From Squalus acanthias (Eukaryota), in assembly GCA_030390025.1 (NCBI GenBank), contig CM059431.1, positions 150,042,001 through 150,106,000 on the forward strand: a stretch of DNA of 64,000 bases, given 5' to 3'. Position 1 is the first letter of the stretch. Each line of letters opens with the position of its first letter. Made by a program: the position numbers and the translations under genes. Below are positions 36,849-47,379 of the stretch, piece by piece. Below the pieces are notes generated by a model. The model saw nothing but the letters and a program-made list of their open reading frames with translations, had not been told where the DNA came from and searched no databases.

Positions 36849-37966
36849 TCGGAAGCCTCAAAGTTTTGAACACTTTTATTAAATCTCCCCCTAACCTTCT
36901 CTGTCCTAAAGCGAAGAATCCTTGATTCTCCAATCTCCCACATAATTGAAGGTCCTCACCCCTAGTGATATTATGGTAAATTGTCTCCACACAAGCAACA
37001 GGCGATGACCAGGAAGAGATATTTTTAATTGCTCCATTGGACATCAATTGCATTTCCATCACCGAATCCTCCATCATCAATATCCTAGGCGTCGCCATTA
37101 ATCAGAATATCAACTGGAAAAGCCACATAAATGACTATAACAGCAGGTCAGAGGCTGGGGATTCTGAGGTGTGTAACTCACCTCCTGACTCCCCAAAGCA
37201 TTTCCAAAACCTAAAATGCACACGTCAAGAGCATTATGGATTACTATCTGTAGACACCGAATACATTAGCATAGTGGTTATTTTACTGTACTTGTATTCC
37301 AGAGGCCTGGACTAATAATCCGTGAGACATGAGTTCAAATCCCACCACGGCTGTTGGGGAATTTAAATTCAGTTAAATAAATACATTTGGAATTAAAAAG
37401 CTGGTATCAGTAATGGAGACCGTGATACTACCGGATTGTTGTTAAAAAAAACAACTGGTTCAATGAGTAACTTTAAGGATGGAGATCTGCCATCCTTACC
37501 TGGGCTGCCCTTATATGGTTGACACTTAACTACCCTCTGAAATGTCCCAGAAAGCCTCACAGTTGCACAAAAGTCAGACACTTTGGGGGTATCTTAAACT
37601 CAAGGGGGTAGAAATTAGGTCGCGCCCCATTTGGGGCGCAAATATCGTCCGGACGCAAATATTAGCGCCTGGCGCTAATTATCGGCACTGACAGGAAACT
37701 TCACTTTTACCACCCCGGGAGGTGAGTGGAGCGCTAAATTAGGCGCTGCGCACCTGTCTCAAGGCGCAAAGGCCAAGGAGTGAGGCGCTAACTCAGCGCA
37801 CGAGCGCAGCACAGCTGCTGCCAGTTAGCGAGGGAACACAGACACAATGGCGCCGGACACTTCTTAAAGCGGGGGGGGGGGGGGCACTTGCTCCCCAGCC
37901 ACACCCTGCTCATTGCAGCCTTGAATCTCAGCCTGGAGAGACCTGTAATCCATTTTGCTGCCAAGC

Positions 37967-39957
37967 ATGGAGAGGGTGAGAGAACGCGCTCATCGCTTCA
38001 CCGAGCGGGCCTTGGATGCTCTGGTTGGCGCAGTGGAGCGCAGACGATGCATGCTGTTCCCGGAGAGTGGCAGGAGGCCTTTGCCACGCGAGTTCAGAAG
38101 ACTGTGGAGGGAGGTGGCTCAGAGCGTCTCCTCCAGGAGCATGGTGCCCAGGACCCATGTTCAATGCCGCAAAAAGTTCAACGACCTCACTCGGGTCGTC
38201 AGGGTGAGTGGCTTTTTCTCAATACCTCTCCATCCCTCCATCTCAACCTCACTCTATGGCCAGAGGGTCTTAAAACCCCAATGCACAACACTCATCCAAC
38301 ACCTATGGCCCTTTCATCAAACACACACACACATTCCACACTTTGCATACAGTAAGGGCTATTCACCTATGGGAGGCACATCAGGCAAGACCATGGCTGT
38401 ATATTGTAAGGGCTATTCACCTATGGGAGGCACATCAGGCAAGACCATGGCTGCATACAGTAAGGGCTATTCACCTATGGGAGGCACATCAGGCAAGACC
38501 ATGGCTGCATACAGTAAGGGCTATTCACCTATGGGAGGCACATCAGGCAAGACCATGGCTGTATATTGTAAGGGCTATTCACCTATGGGAGGCACATCAG
38601 GCAAGACCATGGCTGTATATTTACTCAGATGCTGTCCTTTTTCTTGCAGGCTAAGCTGGCTCATAATCGGAGACAGCAGCAACGGACGGGTGGAGGGCGG
38701 CTTCAGCTGCAACCCCTCAGCGATCTGGAGGAGCGCGTCCACAGGATTGTTGCAAGCCGGGTGATCGGTCCCGTCGCCACTGGAGACGCAGACCCCGTTG
38801 TGGACAGCAATGGTAAGGTCATCACCTTTTTGTCCTCTGTCCTTCCACTTGTCCCTCACAATACCAGCCTTTGACACTTTCAATCCAACTTGCTAACTCG
38901 CTGCACTTATTCCTCCCTTACTGCCACCCTGTCCTCACGCTAAAGCCACTCTTGTACCTCCCTGCTTTCAGATGGTGATTCACCAGCTGAGGAGACGGGC
39001 CCTGAAGCTGCCACTGGGAGTGATGCTGCAGCTGAGGAGGAAGAGGAAGCCGGAGCATCAGTGCCACCCTCTCCCGAGGAAGCCCATGCCCACACTGGGA
39101 ACACGCCTTCCCCGGAGGGGAGCAGGTGGGAAGAGGCTGATGATGGTGAAGCTCCAGGACCCAGCGGGCTGCAGCAACGCCATGGGGGGGGGGGGGGGTA
39201 GGGAAGAACGGGGGCCTTCTCCCCAGAGGGAGAGTATGCCAGACACTCCTACTGCAATGGACGCAGCGGAGGAGCGGCTGATTGCAGAAATGAACACCCA
39301 GGCGGTGGGCATGCACACTGAGCTCATGGGTGCAGTGGGAAGGGTGCCCGATGGCATTGAGTCACTGGCAAGGAGTGTGGAGCACTTCGCTGTAGCACAG
39401 GCGGATGCCACACTAATGCTTAGTGCTGCAATTCAGTCACTGGCTGCCGTGATCCCACCTCTGACTGCTCTCATACAGACTCAGATGGAGGCCACGCGAG
39501 CACTGACTGCTGCCATCCTCGATGGTTCGTGCACATGTCCCCGGGGCTGTCACCGCGCCGCAGCAGGCCAGCAATCTGTTCTCCGGCAAATTGCTCCGGA
39601 TGCTGTAGTGCTGCCCCGTGGGAGTGCCAGTGTGTCGGGCGAGCAGGGAGTTGCTGTCCTCTCTCACGATGACAGCATTCCTGCTGCCAACACTGTCACT
39701 TCTCCACTGCACTTGCCACCGCCTGTAGGACAGACTGCTGCCGCCATGCAGAGTTGGTGCAGTCTGCAGCCGGGCCCTCCAGGCCCAGAAGTGGTCGAGG
39801 CCGTCCTTCAGGGGCATCTGCAGTGTCAGGGTCTGACGAGCAGCAGCGTTCCACCAGCCTTGCTGCAGCCACTGAGGTCCCATTACGGAGGAGCAGTAGG
39901 GTTAGAAGGGGGGAAGTGCGCAAGGGAAGGAGATCACAATCGAAGGGCAAAAAGTAG
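37967..39957 (+). pseudogene. Harbinger Myb/SANT-like DNA-binding gene, 3 exons (37967-38203, 38650-38812, 38972-39957), frameshifted
   Basis: RFTERALDALV..WREVAQSV..RTHVQCRKKFNDL. Canonical GT-AG junctions. A G15 tract gives an in-frame TAG. Confidence 0.8.
38352..38621. repeat. 54-bp VNTR, 5 copies, in Myb intron 1
   Basis: gtaagggctattcacctatgggaggcacatcaggcaagaccatggctgtatatt; 3 copies in element 2 (46283-46444). Confidence 0.95.
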
Positions 39958-40251
39958 GAGGTGTGCCAAAATGCTGGTCATTTTTTTATTAAAGGCCGAG
40001 GTTCATGGTCCAACTTTTGTTTAGTGTTTTGGACATTATCTCCAGGTTGTGAGAACCAGTTATGTTATTGACTGTTTTTTTGTGTTTATTTCTATGAGTT
40101 TGTCATGAGGAATTGACACACACAGAGTTTGTAAAATAAATAAGTTTCTGTATTCAAAATATACATGGCTGGTGGTTGGAATTATTGGTGCCTTGGCCGG
40201 CTTAGGGGTTGCGTGCTGGGTTGATTAGTGTTTGTAGCAATGGCAGGGGCC

Positions 40252-41412
40252 CTAGAAGCGGCTTGCTATTAGTCGTTGACGGACGGCCCTTGCAGTTTGA
40301 CCATTGTGGGCCGCCCTCCTGCCTTGGTGCTGCTGATGATCATCGTCCTCGTCCTGTTCCTCTTCTTCCTCCTCCTCCTCTGGTGGTGCTACAAGGCCTG
40401 GTGGCATTGGCTGGGTCCTGAGGATTGCCATGTTGTGCAACATGCAGCACACGACTACGAAGTTCGGAACTTGTTCAGGCGAGTACTGCAGTGCTCCTCC
40501 GGAATGGTCCAGACAGCGGAACCGTTGTTTCAGCACGCCGATTGTGCGCTCAATAATGTTCCTGGTTGCTTGATGGCTTTCATTGTACCGCAGCTCAGCA
40601 GGGGTGTTTGGCGTACGGAGCGGTGTCATCAGCCAGGTGCTCAATGCGTTCCCCTTGTCCCCCAGAAGCCAACCAACTGGCTGATGCGGTGCCTCGAAAA
40701 CTTCTGCCACAGTAGTCTAGCGCAGGATGAAAGCATCGTGGCAGCTGCCCGGATAGTGGGCATTGACAGCGAGTATCACCTGTCTGTGGTCACAGACCAA
40801 CTGCACATTCAAGGAATGGAGCCCCTTTCTGTTCCTGAATTCCTCTGCATTCTCTCGCAGAGCACGCAAAGCCACATGTGTGCAGTCAATGGCGCCCTGC
40901 ACCATGGGGAAGCCCGCTACCCTCGCAAAGCCCAGAGAACGGTCACGCTGCTTGTCTGGGGTCATAGGGAAAGAGATGAAGTCTCGTCTCCTTCTGAAGA
41001 GGGCATTGGTGACCTGCCGGATGCAGCGATGCACCGCAAACTGGGAGATATTGCCGAGGTCCCCAACAGCAGCTTGGAATGAGCCAGTGGCATAGAAGTT
41101 CAAAGCCACTGTGACCTTCACTGCCACCGACAGAGACGTCCTGTACCTCAGCTGAGGCTGCAGATCTGGCTGCAGCAGGTGGCAGAGTTCAGTGACCACC
41201 TACTTGCTGAATCGCAGCCTTCGCAAACACAGCTCCTCGGACATATGGATGTAGGAGAGCTGTTCACGATATACCCTTGGAGGGTAAGCTCTCCTGTACA
41301 TGCGCCTGATGGCCCTCCTCCGTCTGGCCATCATTGCCACTCTCTGTCTGCGTCTCACTATCCTCCGATTCAGCTGGAGCAGGACGACGCCCCCAATCAT
41401 TGCAGCCCCCAT
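40252..41412 (-). pseudogene. Harbinger transposase, copy 1, with premature stops
   Basis: Nearly identical to 43487-44647 but split into ORFs 41200-41412, 40717-41199 and 40252-40710 by TAG codons. Confidence 0.92.
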
Positions 41413-42082
41413 ATTCTCTTTGCCAGAAAAGTAATGAGGTACAGCAACTAAAGTAGCAACAAAGTTAGGATGAACTAGGCCAAACTACCTCATAAAGCGT
41501 TGAGTCAATGTAGAAGTCTCTCTCTCTCTCTCTCCGAATCTCTCTCTCTCTCTCAGAACGAGTGGTGCATAAATGTCGACCACAGAAAAAGACAGGAAGA
41601 GGCCCCCTTTAAATAGCGCCCCCCCCCCCAGCCCCACACCAATTGATAACGTTCCAGTCTTCAGGTCGTTGGAAGCGCCAGGCGGTAAGGCAGGGGGCGC
41701 CACTCAATTTCCGCTCTGGGGCGCCCCAAGGGCGTTGCACCATGGAATGACGTCACAATCTGCGCGCGCAGGTGGTCGCAGCGGTAAGTTTTAGCGCCGC
41801 CGCACAATCTCAAGTTAAGTTCTCGAGCGGCGCAAACAGCGCTGCGCCCGGGCGTTAGCGGCTTAACTCCCCATTAGCGCCCTCTTAAGGCGCTAACGGG
41901 GGGCGCAACCAAGTGAATTTTTCCCCCCAGGACTGCAGCGGTTCAATAAGGCGGCTCACCACCACATTCTGACGGACAATTAGGAAGTGGCTTGCCTTGC
42001 CAGCGATGCCCACATTCCGTGAATGAATGAATAAATAAAATACACCGAACCTTTCTCAAAATTAAGCATAATGAAACATATT

Positions 42083-42961
42083 GGGGTAGAAATTAGGTCG
42101 CGCCCCATTTGGGGCGCAAATATCGTCCGGACGCAAATCTTAGCGCCTGGCGCTAATTATCGGCACTGACAGGAAACTTCACTTTTACCGCCCCGGGAGG
42201 TGAGTGGAGCGCTAAATTAGGCGCTGCACACCTCTCTTAAGGCGCAAAGTCCGAGCAGTGAGGCGCTAACTCGGAGCGCTGGCGAAGCTCATGTAATGTC
42301 AGTCAGCAATGGAACACACACACAATGGCACGGGCCAGTTCTTAAAGGGGATGGTTAATCTTGCTTTCCATCCACATCCTGTTCATTGCTGCCTTGAATC
42401 TCGGCCTGGAGAGACTCGCACATCAAATGTGCTGGAAAGAACAATGGAGAGCACCAGGCAAAGAGCTCAGAGTGCAGATCCCACGGTCTCTGCTAAATCG
42501 ATACAAGGAATGGCAAATCAAAATGAACCTGCAAAGTGCTGCTCAGTACCCAAAACTCCTTCACACAACGTTGAATCTCTCCAGAAGTCTCTCCCTCTCT
42601 CTCTCAGAATGCGTAGTTCAAAAATGCCACCAACAATAAAAGACAGGAAGAGGCCCCCTTTAAATAGCGCCCCCCCCCAGCCCCACAGCGATTGATAGCG
42701 TTCCAGTCTTCTGGTCGTTGGAAGCGCCAGGCGGTAAGGCAGGGGGCGCCACTCAATTTCCGCTACGGGGCGCCCCAAAGGCGTTGCACCATGGAATGAC
42801 GTCACAATCTGCGCGCGCAGGTGTTCGCAGCGGTAAGTTTTAGCGCCGCCGCACAATCTCAAGTTAAGTTCTCGAGCGGCGCAAACATCGCTGCGCCCGG
42901 GCGTTAGCGGCTTTGCGACCCATTAGCGCCCTCTTAAGGCGCTAACGGGTGGCGCAACCAA
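42083..42961 (+). mobile_element. Non-autonomous Harbinger derivative with truncated right TIR
   Basis: Both ends match the autonomous element; nearly identical to 57113-58004; lacks the last ~15 bp. Confidence 0.9.
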
Positions 42962-43139
42962 CCATTAAAACTGAGGGGTAAAAATTCACTTGGTTGCGCC
43001 TCCCGTTAGCGCCTTAAGAGGGCGCTAATGGGGCGTTAAGCCGCTAACGTCCGGGCGCAGCGCTGTTTGCGCCGATCGAGAACTTAACTTGAGATTGTGC
43101 GGCGGCGCTAAAAGTTAACGCTGCGACCACCTGCGCGCG

Positions 43140-43295
43140 CAGATTGTGACGTCATTCCATGGTGCAACGCCCTTGGGGCGCCCGGGAGCGGAAATTGAGT
43201 GGCGCCCCCTGCCTTACCGCCTGGCGCTTCCAACGACCAGAAGACTGGAACGTTATCAATCGGTGTGGGGCTGGGGGGGGCGCTATTTAAAGGGG
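43140..43295 (+). promoter_or_regulatory. Putative transposase promoter
   Basis: CRE palindrome TGACGTCA ~43147 and TATA-like TATTTAAA ~43284, ~200 bp upstream of ATG 43487. Kept in all four family members. Confidence 0.45.
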
Positions 43296-43486
43296 GCCTC
43301 TTCCTGTCTTTTTCTGTGGTCGACATTTATGCACCACTCGTTCTGAGAGAGAGAGAGAGATTCGGAGAGAGAGAGAGAGAGACTTCTACATTGACTCAAC
43401 GCTTTGTGAGGTAGTTTTGCCTAGTTCATCCTAACTTTGTTGCTACTTTAGTTGCTGTACCTCATTACTTTTCTGGCAAAGAGAAT

Positions 43487-44647
43487 ATGGGGGCTGCAAT
43501 GATTGGGGGCGTCGTCCTGCTCCAGCTGAATCGGAGGATACTGAGACGCAGACAGAGAGTGGCAATGATGGCCAGACGGAGGAGGGCCATCAGGCGCATG
43601 TACAGGAGAGCTTACCCTCCCAGAGTATATTGTGAACAGCACTCCTACATCCATATGTCCGAGGAGCTGTGTTTGCGAAGGCTGCGATTCAGCAAGGAGG
43701 TGGTCACTGAGCTCTGCCACCTGCTGCAGCCAGATCTGCAGCCTCAGCTGAGGTCCAGGACGTCTCTGTCGGTGGCAGTGAAGGTCACAGTGGCTTTGAA
43801 CTTCTACGCCACTGGCTCATTCCAAGCTGCTGTTGGGGACCTCGCCAATATCTCCCAGTTTGCGGTGCATCGCTGCATCCGGCAGGTCACCAATGCCCTC
43901 TTCAGAAGGAGACGAGACTTCATCTCTTTCCCTATGACCCCAGACAAGCAGCGTGACCGTGCTCTGGGCTTTGCGAGGGTAGCGGGCTTCCCCATGGTGC
44001 AGGGCGCCATTGACTGCACGCATGTGGCTTTGCGTGCTCCGCGAGAGAATGCAGAGGAATTCAGGAACAGAAAGGGGTTCCATTCCTTGAATGTGCAGTT
44101 GGTCTGTGACCACAGACAGGTGATACTCGCTGTCAATGCCCACTATCCGGGCAGCTGCCACGATGCTTTCATCCTGCGCCAGACTACTGTGGCAGAAGTT
44201 TTCGAGGCACCGCATCAGCCAGTTGGTTGGCTTCTGGGGGACAAGGGGTACGCATTGAGCACCTGGCTGATGACACCGCTCCGTACGCCAAACACCCCTG
44301 CTGAGCTGCGGTACAATGAAAGCCATCAAGCAACCAGGAACATTATTGAGCGCACAATCGGCGTGCTGAAACAACGGTTCCGCTGTCTGGACCATTCCGG
44401 AGGAGCCCTGCAGTACTCGCCTGAGCAAGTTTCGAACTTCGTAGTCGTGTGCTGCATGTTGCACAACATGGCAATCCTCAGGACCCAGCCAATGCCACCA
44501 GGCCTTGTAGCACCACCAGAGGAGGAGGAGGAAGAGGAGGAACAGGACGAGGACGATGATCATCAGCAGCACCAAGGCAGGAGGGCGGCCCACAATGGTC
44601 AAACTGCAAGGGCCGTCCGTCAACGACTAATAGCAAGCCGCTTCTAG
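43487..44647 (+). CDS. Intact PIF/Harbinger DDE transposase (HARBI1-like), 386 aa
   Basis: GAIDCTHV, PGSCHDA, LLGDKGY, IERTIGVLKQRFRCL, CCMLHN; uninterrupted ORF. Confidence 0.95.
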   Translation: MGAAMIGGVVLLQLNRRILRRRQRVAMMARRRRAIRRMYRRAYPPRVYCEQHSYIHMSEELCLRRLRFSKEVVTELCHLLQPDLQPQLRSRTSLSVAVKVTVALNFYATGSFQAAVGDLANISQFAVHRCIRQVTNALFRRRRDFISFPMTPDKQRDRALGFARVAGFPMVQGAIDCTHVALRAPRENAEEFRNRKGFHSLNVQLVCDHRQVILAVNAHYPGSCHDAFILRQTTVAEVFEAPHQPVGWLLGDKGYALSTWLMTPLRTPNTPAELRYNESHQATRNIIERTIGVLKQRFRCLDHSGGALQYSPEQVSNFVVVCCMLHNMAILRTQPMPPGLVAPPEEEEEEEEQDEDDDHQQHQGRRAAHNGQTARAVRQRLIASRF

Positions 44648-44941
44648 GGCCCCTGCCATTGCTACAAACACTAATCAACCCAGCACGCAACCCCTAAGCC
44701 GGCCAAGGCACCAATAATTCCAACCACCAGCCATGTATATTTTGAATACAGAAACTTATTTATTTTACAAACTCTGTGTGTGTCAATTCCTCATGACAAA
44801 CTCATAGAAATAAACACAAAAAAACAGTCAATAACATAACTGGTTCTCACAACCTGGAGATAATGTCCAAAACACTAAACAAAAGTTGGACCATGAACCT
44901 CGGCCTTTAATAAAAAAATGACCAGCATTTTGGCACACCTC

Positions 44942-46831
44942 CTACTTTTTGCCCTTCGAGGGTGATCTCCTTCCCTTGCGCACTTCCCCCCTTCTAACCC
45001 TACTGCTCCTCCGTAATGGGACCTCAGTGGCTGCAGCAAGGCTGGTGGAAGGCTGCTGCTCGTCAGACCCTGACACTGCAGATGCCCCTGAAGGACGGCC
45101 TCGACCACTTCTAGGCCTGGAGGGCCCGGCTGCAGAATGCACCAACTCTGCATGGGCGGCAGCAGTCTGTCCTACAGGCGGTGGCAAGTGCAGTGGAGAA
45201 GTGACAGTGTTGGCAGCAGGAATGCTGTCATCGTGAGAGAGGCCAGCAACTCCCTGCTCGCCCGACACACTGGCACTCCCATGGGGCAGCACTTCAGCAT
45301 CCGGAGCAATTTGCCGGAGAACAGATTGCTGGCCTGCTGCGGCGCGGTGACAGCCCCGGGGACATGTGCACGAACCATCGAGGTTGGCAGCAGTCTGTGA
45401 TCGCGTGGCCTCCATCTGAGTCTGTATGAGAGCAGTCAGAGGTGGGATCACGGCAGCCAGTGACTGAATTGCAGCACTAAGCGTTAGTGTGGCATCCGCC
45501 TGTGCTACAGCGAAGTGCTCCACACTCCTTGCCAGTGACTCAATGCAATCGGGCACCCTTCCCACTGCACCCATGAGCTCAGTGTGCATGCCCACCGCCT
45601 GGGTGTTCATTTCTGCAATCAGCCGCTCCTCCTCTGCGTCCATTGCAGTAGGAGTGTCTGGCATACTTTCCCTCTGGGGAGAAGGCCCCCGTTCTTCCCT
45701 ACCCCCCCCCCCCCCCCCCCATGGCGTTGCTGCAGCCCGCTGGGTCCTGGAGCTTCACCATCATCAGCCCCTTCCCACCTGCTCCCCTCCGGGGAAGGCG
45801 TGTTCCCAGTGTGGGCATGGGCTTCCTCGGGAGAGGGTGGCACTGATCCTCCGGCTTCCTCTTCCTCCTCAGCTGCAGCATCACTCCCAGTGGCAGCTTC
45901 AGGGCCCGTCTCCTCAGCTGGTGAATCACCATCTGAAAGCAGGGAGGTACAAGAGTGGCTTTAGCGTGAGGACAGGGTTGCAGTAAGGGAGGAATAAGTG
46001 CAGCGTGTTAGCAAGTTGGATTGAAAGTGTCAAAGGCTGGTATTGTGAGGGACAAGTGGAAGGACAGAGGACAAAAAGGTGATGACCTTACCATTGCTGT
46101 CCACAACGGGGTCGGCGTCTCCAGTGGCGACGGGACCGATCACCCGGCTTGCCACAATCCTGTGGACGCGCTCCTCCAGATCGCTGAGGGGTTGCAGCTG
46201 AAGCCGCCCTCCACCCGTCCGTTGCTGCTGTCTCCGATTATGAGCCAGCTTAGCCTGCAAGAAAAAGGACAGCATCTGAGTAAATATACAGCCATGGTCT
46301 TGCCTGATGTGCCTCCCATAGGTGAATAGCCCTTACAATATACAGCCATGGTCTTGCCTGATGTGCCTCCCATAGGTGAATAGCCCTTACAATATACAGC
46401 CATGGTCTTGCCTGATGTGCCTCCCATAGGTGAATAGCCCTTACTGTATGCAAAGTGTGGAATGTGTGTGTGTGTGTTTGATGAAAGGGCCATAGGTGTT
46501 GGATGAGTGTTGTGCATTGGGGTTTTAAGACCCTCTGGCCATTGAGTGAGGTTGAGATGGAGGGATGGAGAGGTATTGAGAAAAAGCCACTCACCCTGAC
46601 GACCCGAGTGAGGTCGTTGAACTTTTTGCGGCATTGAACATGGGTCCTGGGCACCATGCTCCTGGAGGAGACGCTCTGAGCCACCTCCCTCCACAGTCTT
46701 CTGAACTCGCGTGGCAAAGGCCTCCTGCCACTCTCCGGGAACAGCATGCATCGTCTGCGCTCCACTGCTTCAACCAGAGCATCCAAGGCCCGCTCGGTGA
46801 AGCGATGAGCGCGTTCTCTCACCCTCTCCAT
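44942..46831 (-). CDS. Harbinger Myb/SANT-like gene copy 2 (exons 46831-46595, 46254-46092, 45932-44942); frame break only at a G19 tract
   Basis: Same exon structure as copy 1. C-terminal ORF 44942-45664 is open and ends in a basic NLS-like tail. Confidence 0.7.
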
Positions 46832-47379
46832 GCTTGGCAGCAAAATGGATTACAGGTCTCTCCAGGCTGAGATTCAAGGCTGCAATGAACAGGGTGTGGC
46901 TGGGGACCAAGTGCCCCCCCCCGCTTTAAGAAGTGTCCGGCGCCAGTGTGTCTGTGTTCCCTCGCTAAATGGCAGCAGCTGTGCTGCGCTCGTGCGCTGA
47001 GTTAGTGCCTCACTCCTTGGCCTTTGCGCCTTAAGAGAGGTGTGCAGCGCCTACTTTAGCGCTCCACTCACCTCCCGGGGCGGTAAAAGTGAAGTTTCCT
47101 GTCAGTGCCGATAATTAGCGCCAGGCGCTAATATTTGTGTCCGGACGATATTTGCGCCCCAAATGGGGCACGACCTAATTTCTACCCCTAAGAGTCAGCA
47201 AAAATAAACAGGTTCTAATGGATCCTATTCAGGAGAAGATTTCCAGCTGTGTTCGAACATTAATTGTCTAAGAATCTGTAAGGAAAGACATGAGGTCCTA
47301 GAATTTCCGGTCCGAAATCTTCTGTTTAGTGCCTTCGCTCGAGAGGGATTACTAGACCCTTGAACTTTCACCATTGTTT

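Larger units (their letters stand above)
37605..41927 (+). mobile_element. PIF/Harbinger DNA transposon copy 1 (two-gene, defective)
   Basis: TIRs GGGGTAGAAATT / AATTTTTCCCCC, 3-bp flanks AAG/CAG, convergent Myb/SANT and transposase genes. Confidence 0.93.
37260..42040 (+). mobile_element. tRNA-type SINE split by Harbinger element 1 (37260-37604 and 41928-42040)
   Basis: B-box gagttcaaatccc. The tail resumes as gactgcagcggttcaa..ggcggctcaccacca right after the Harbinger. Confidence 0.7.
42975..47188 (-). mobile_element. PIF/Harbinger DNA transposon copy 2, inverted relative to copy 1
   Basis: TIRs GGGGTAAAAATT / AATTTCTACCCC, flanks TGA/TAA; 4214 bp. Confidence 0.95.

Noticed and set aside
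36533..36943. Repetitive ORFs over the 46-bp array, and over the GA tract at 62093-62638
   Set aside because: Low-complexity or tandem-repeat translations.
38972..40024. Stand-alone 350-aa gene
   Set aside because: It is a mosaic of frames of Myb exon 3 created by the poly-G length and a 1-bp deletion near 39745.
40276..44623. 268-aa antisense ORFs in both transposase copies
   Set aside because: Shadow ORFs of near-identical copies; no independent motif or conservation evidence.
43487..44647. Domesticated host gene HARBI1
   Set aside because: It sits inside TIRs with a paired Myb gene, a near-identical second copy and non-autonomous derivatives, so it is a transposon.
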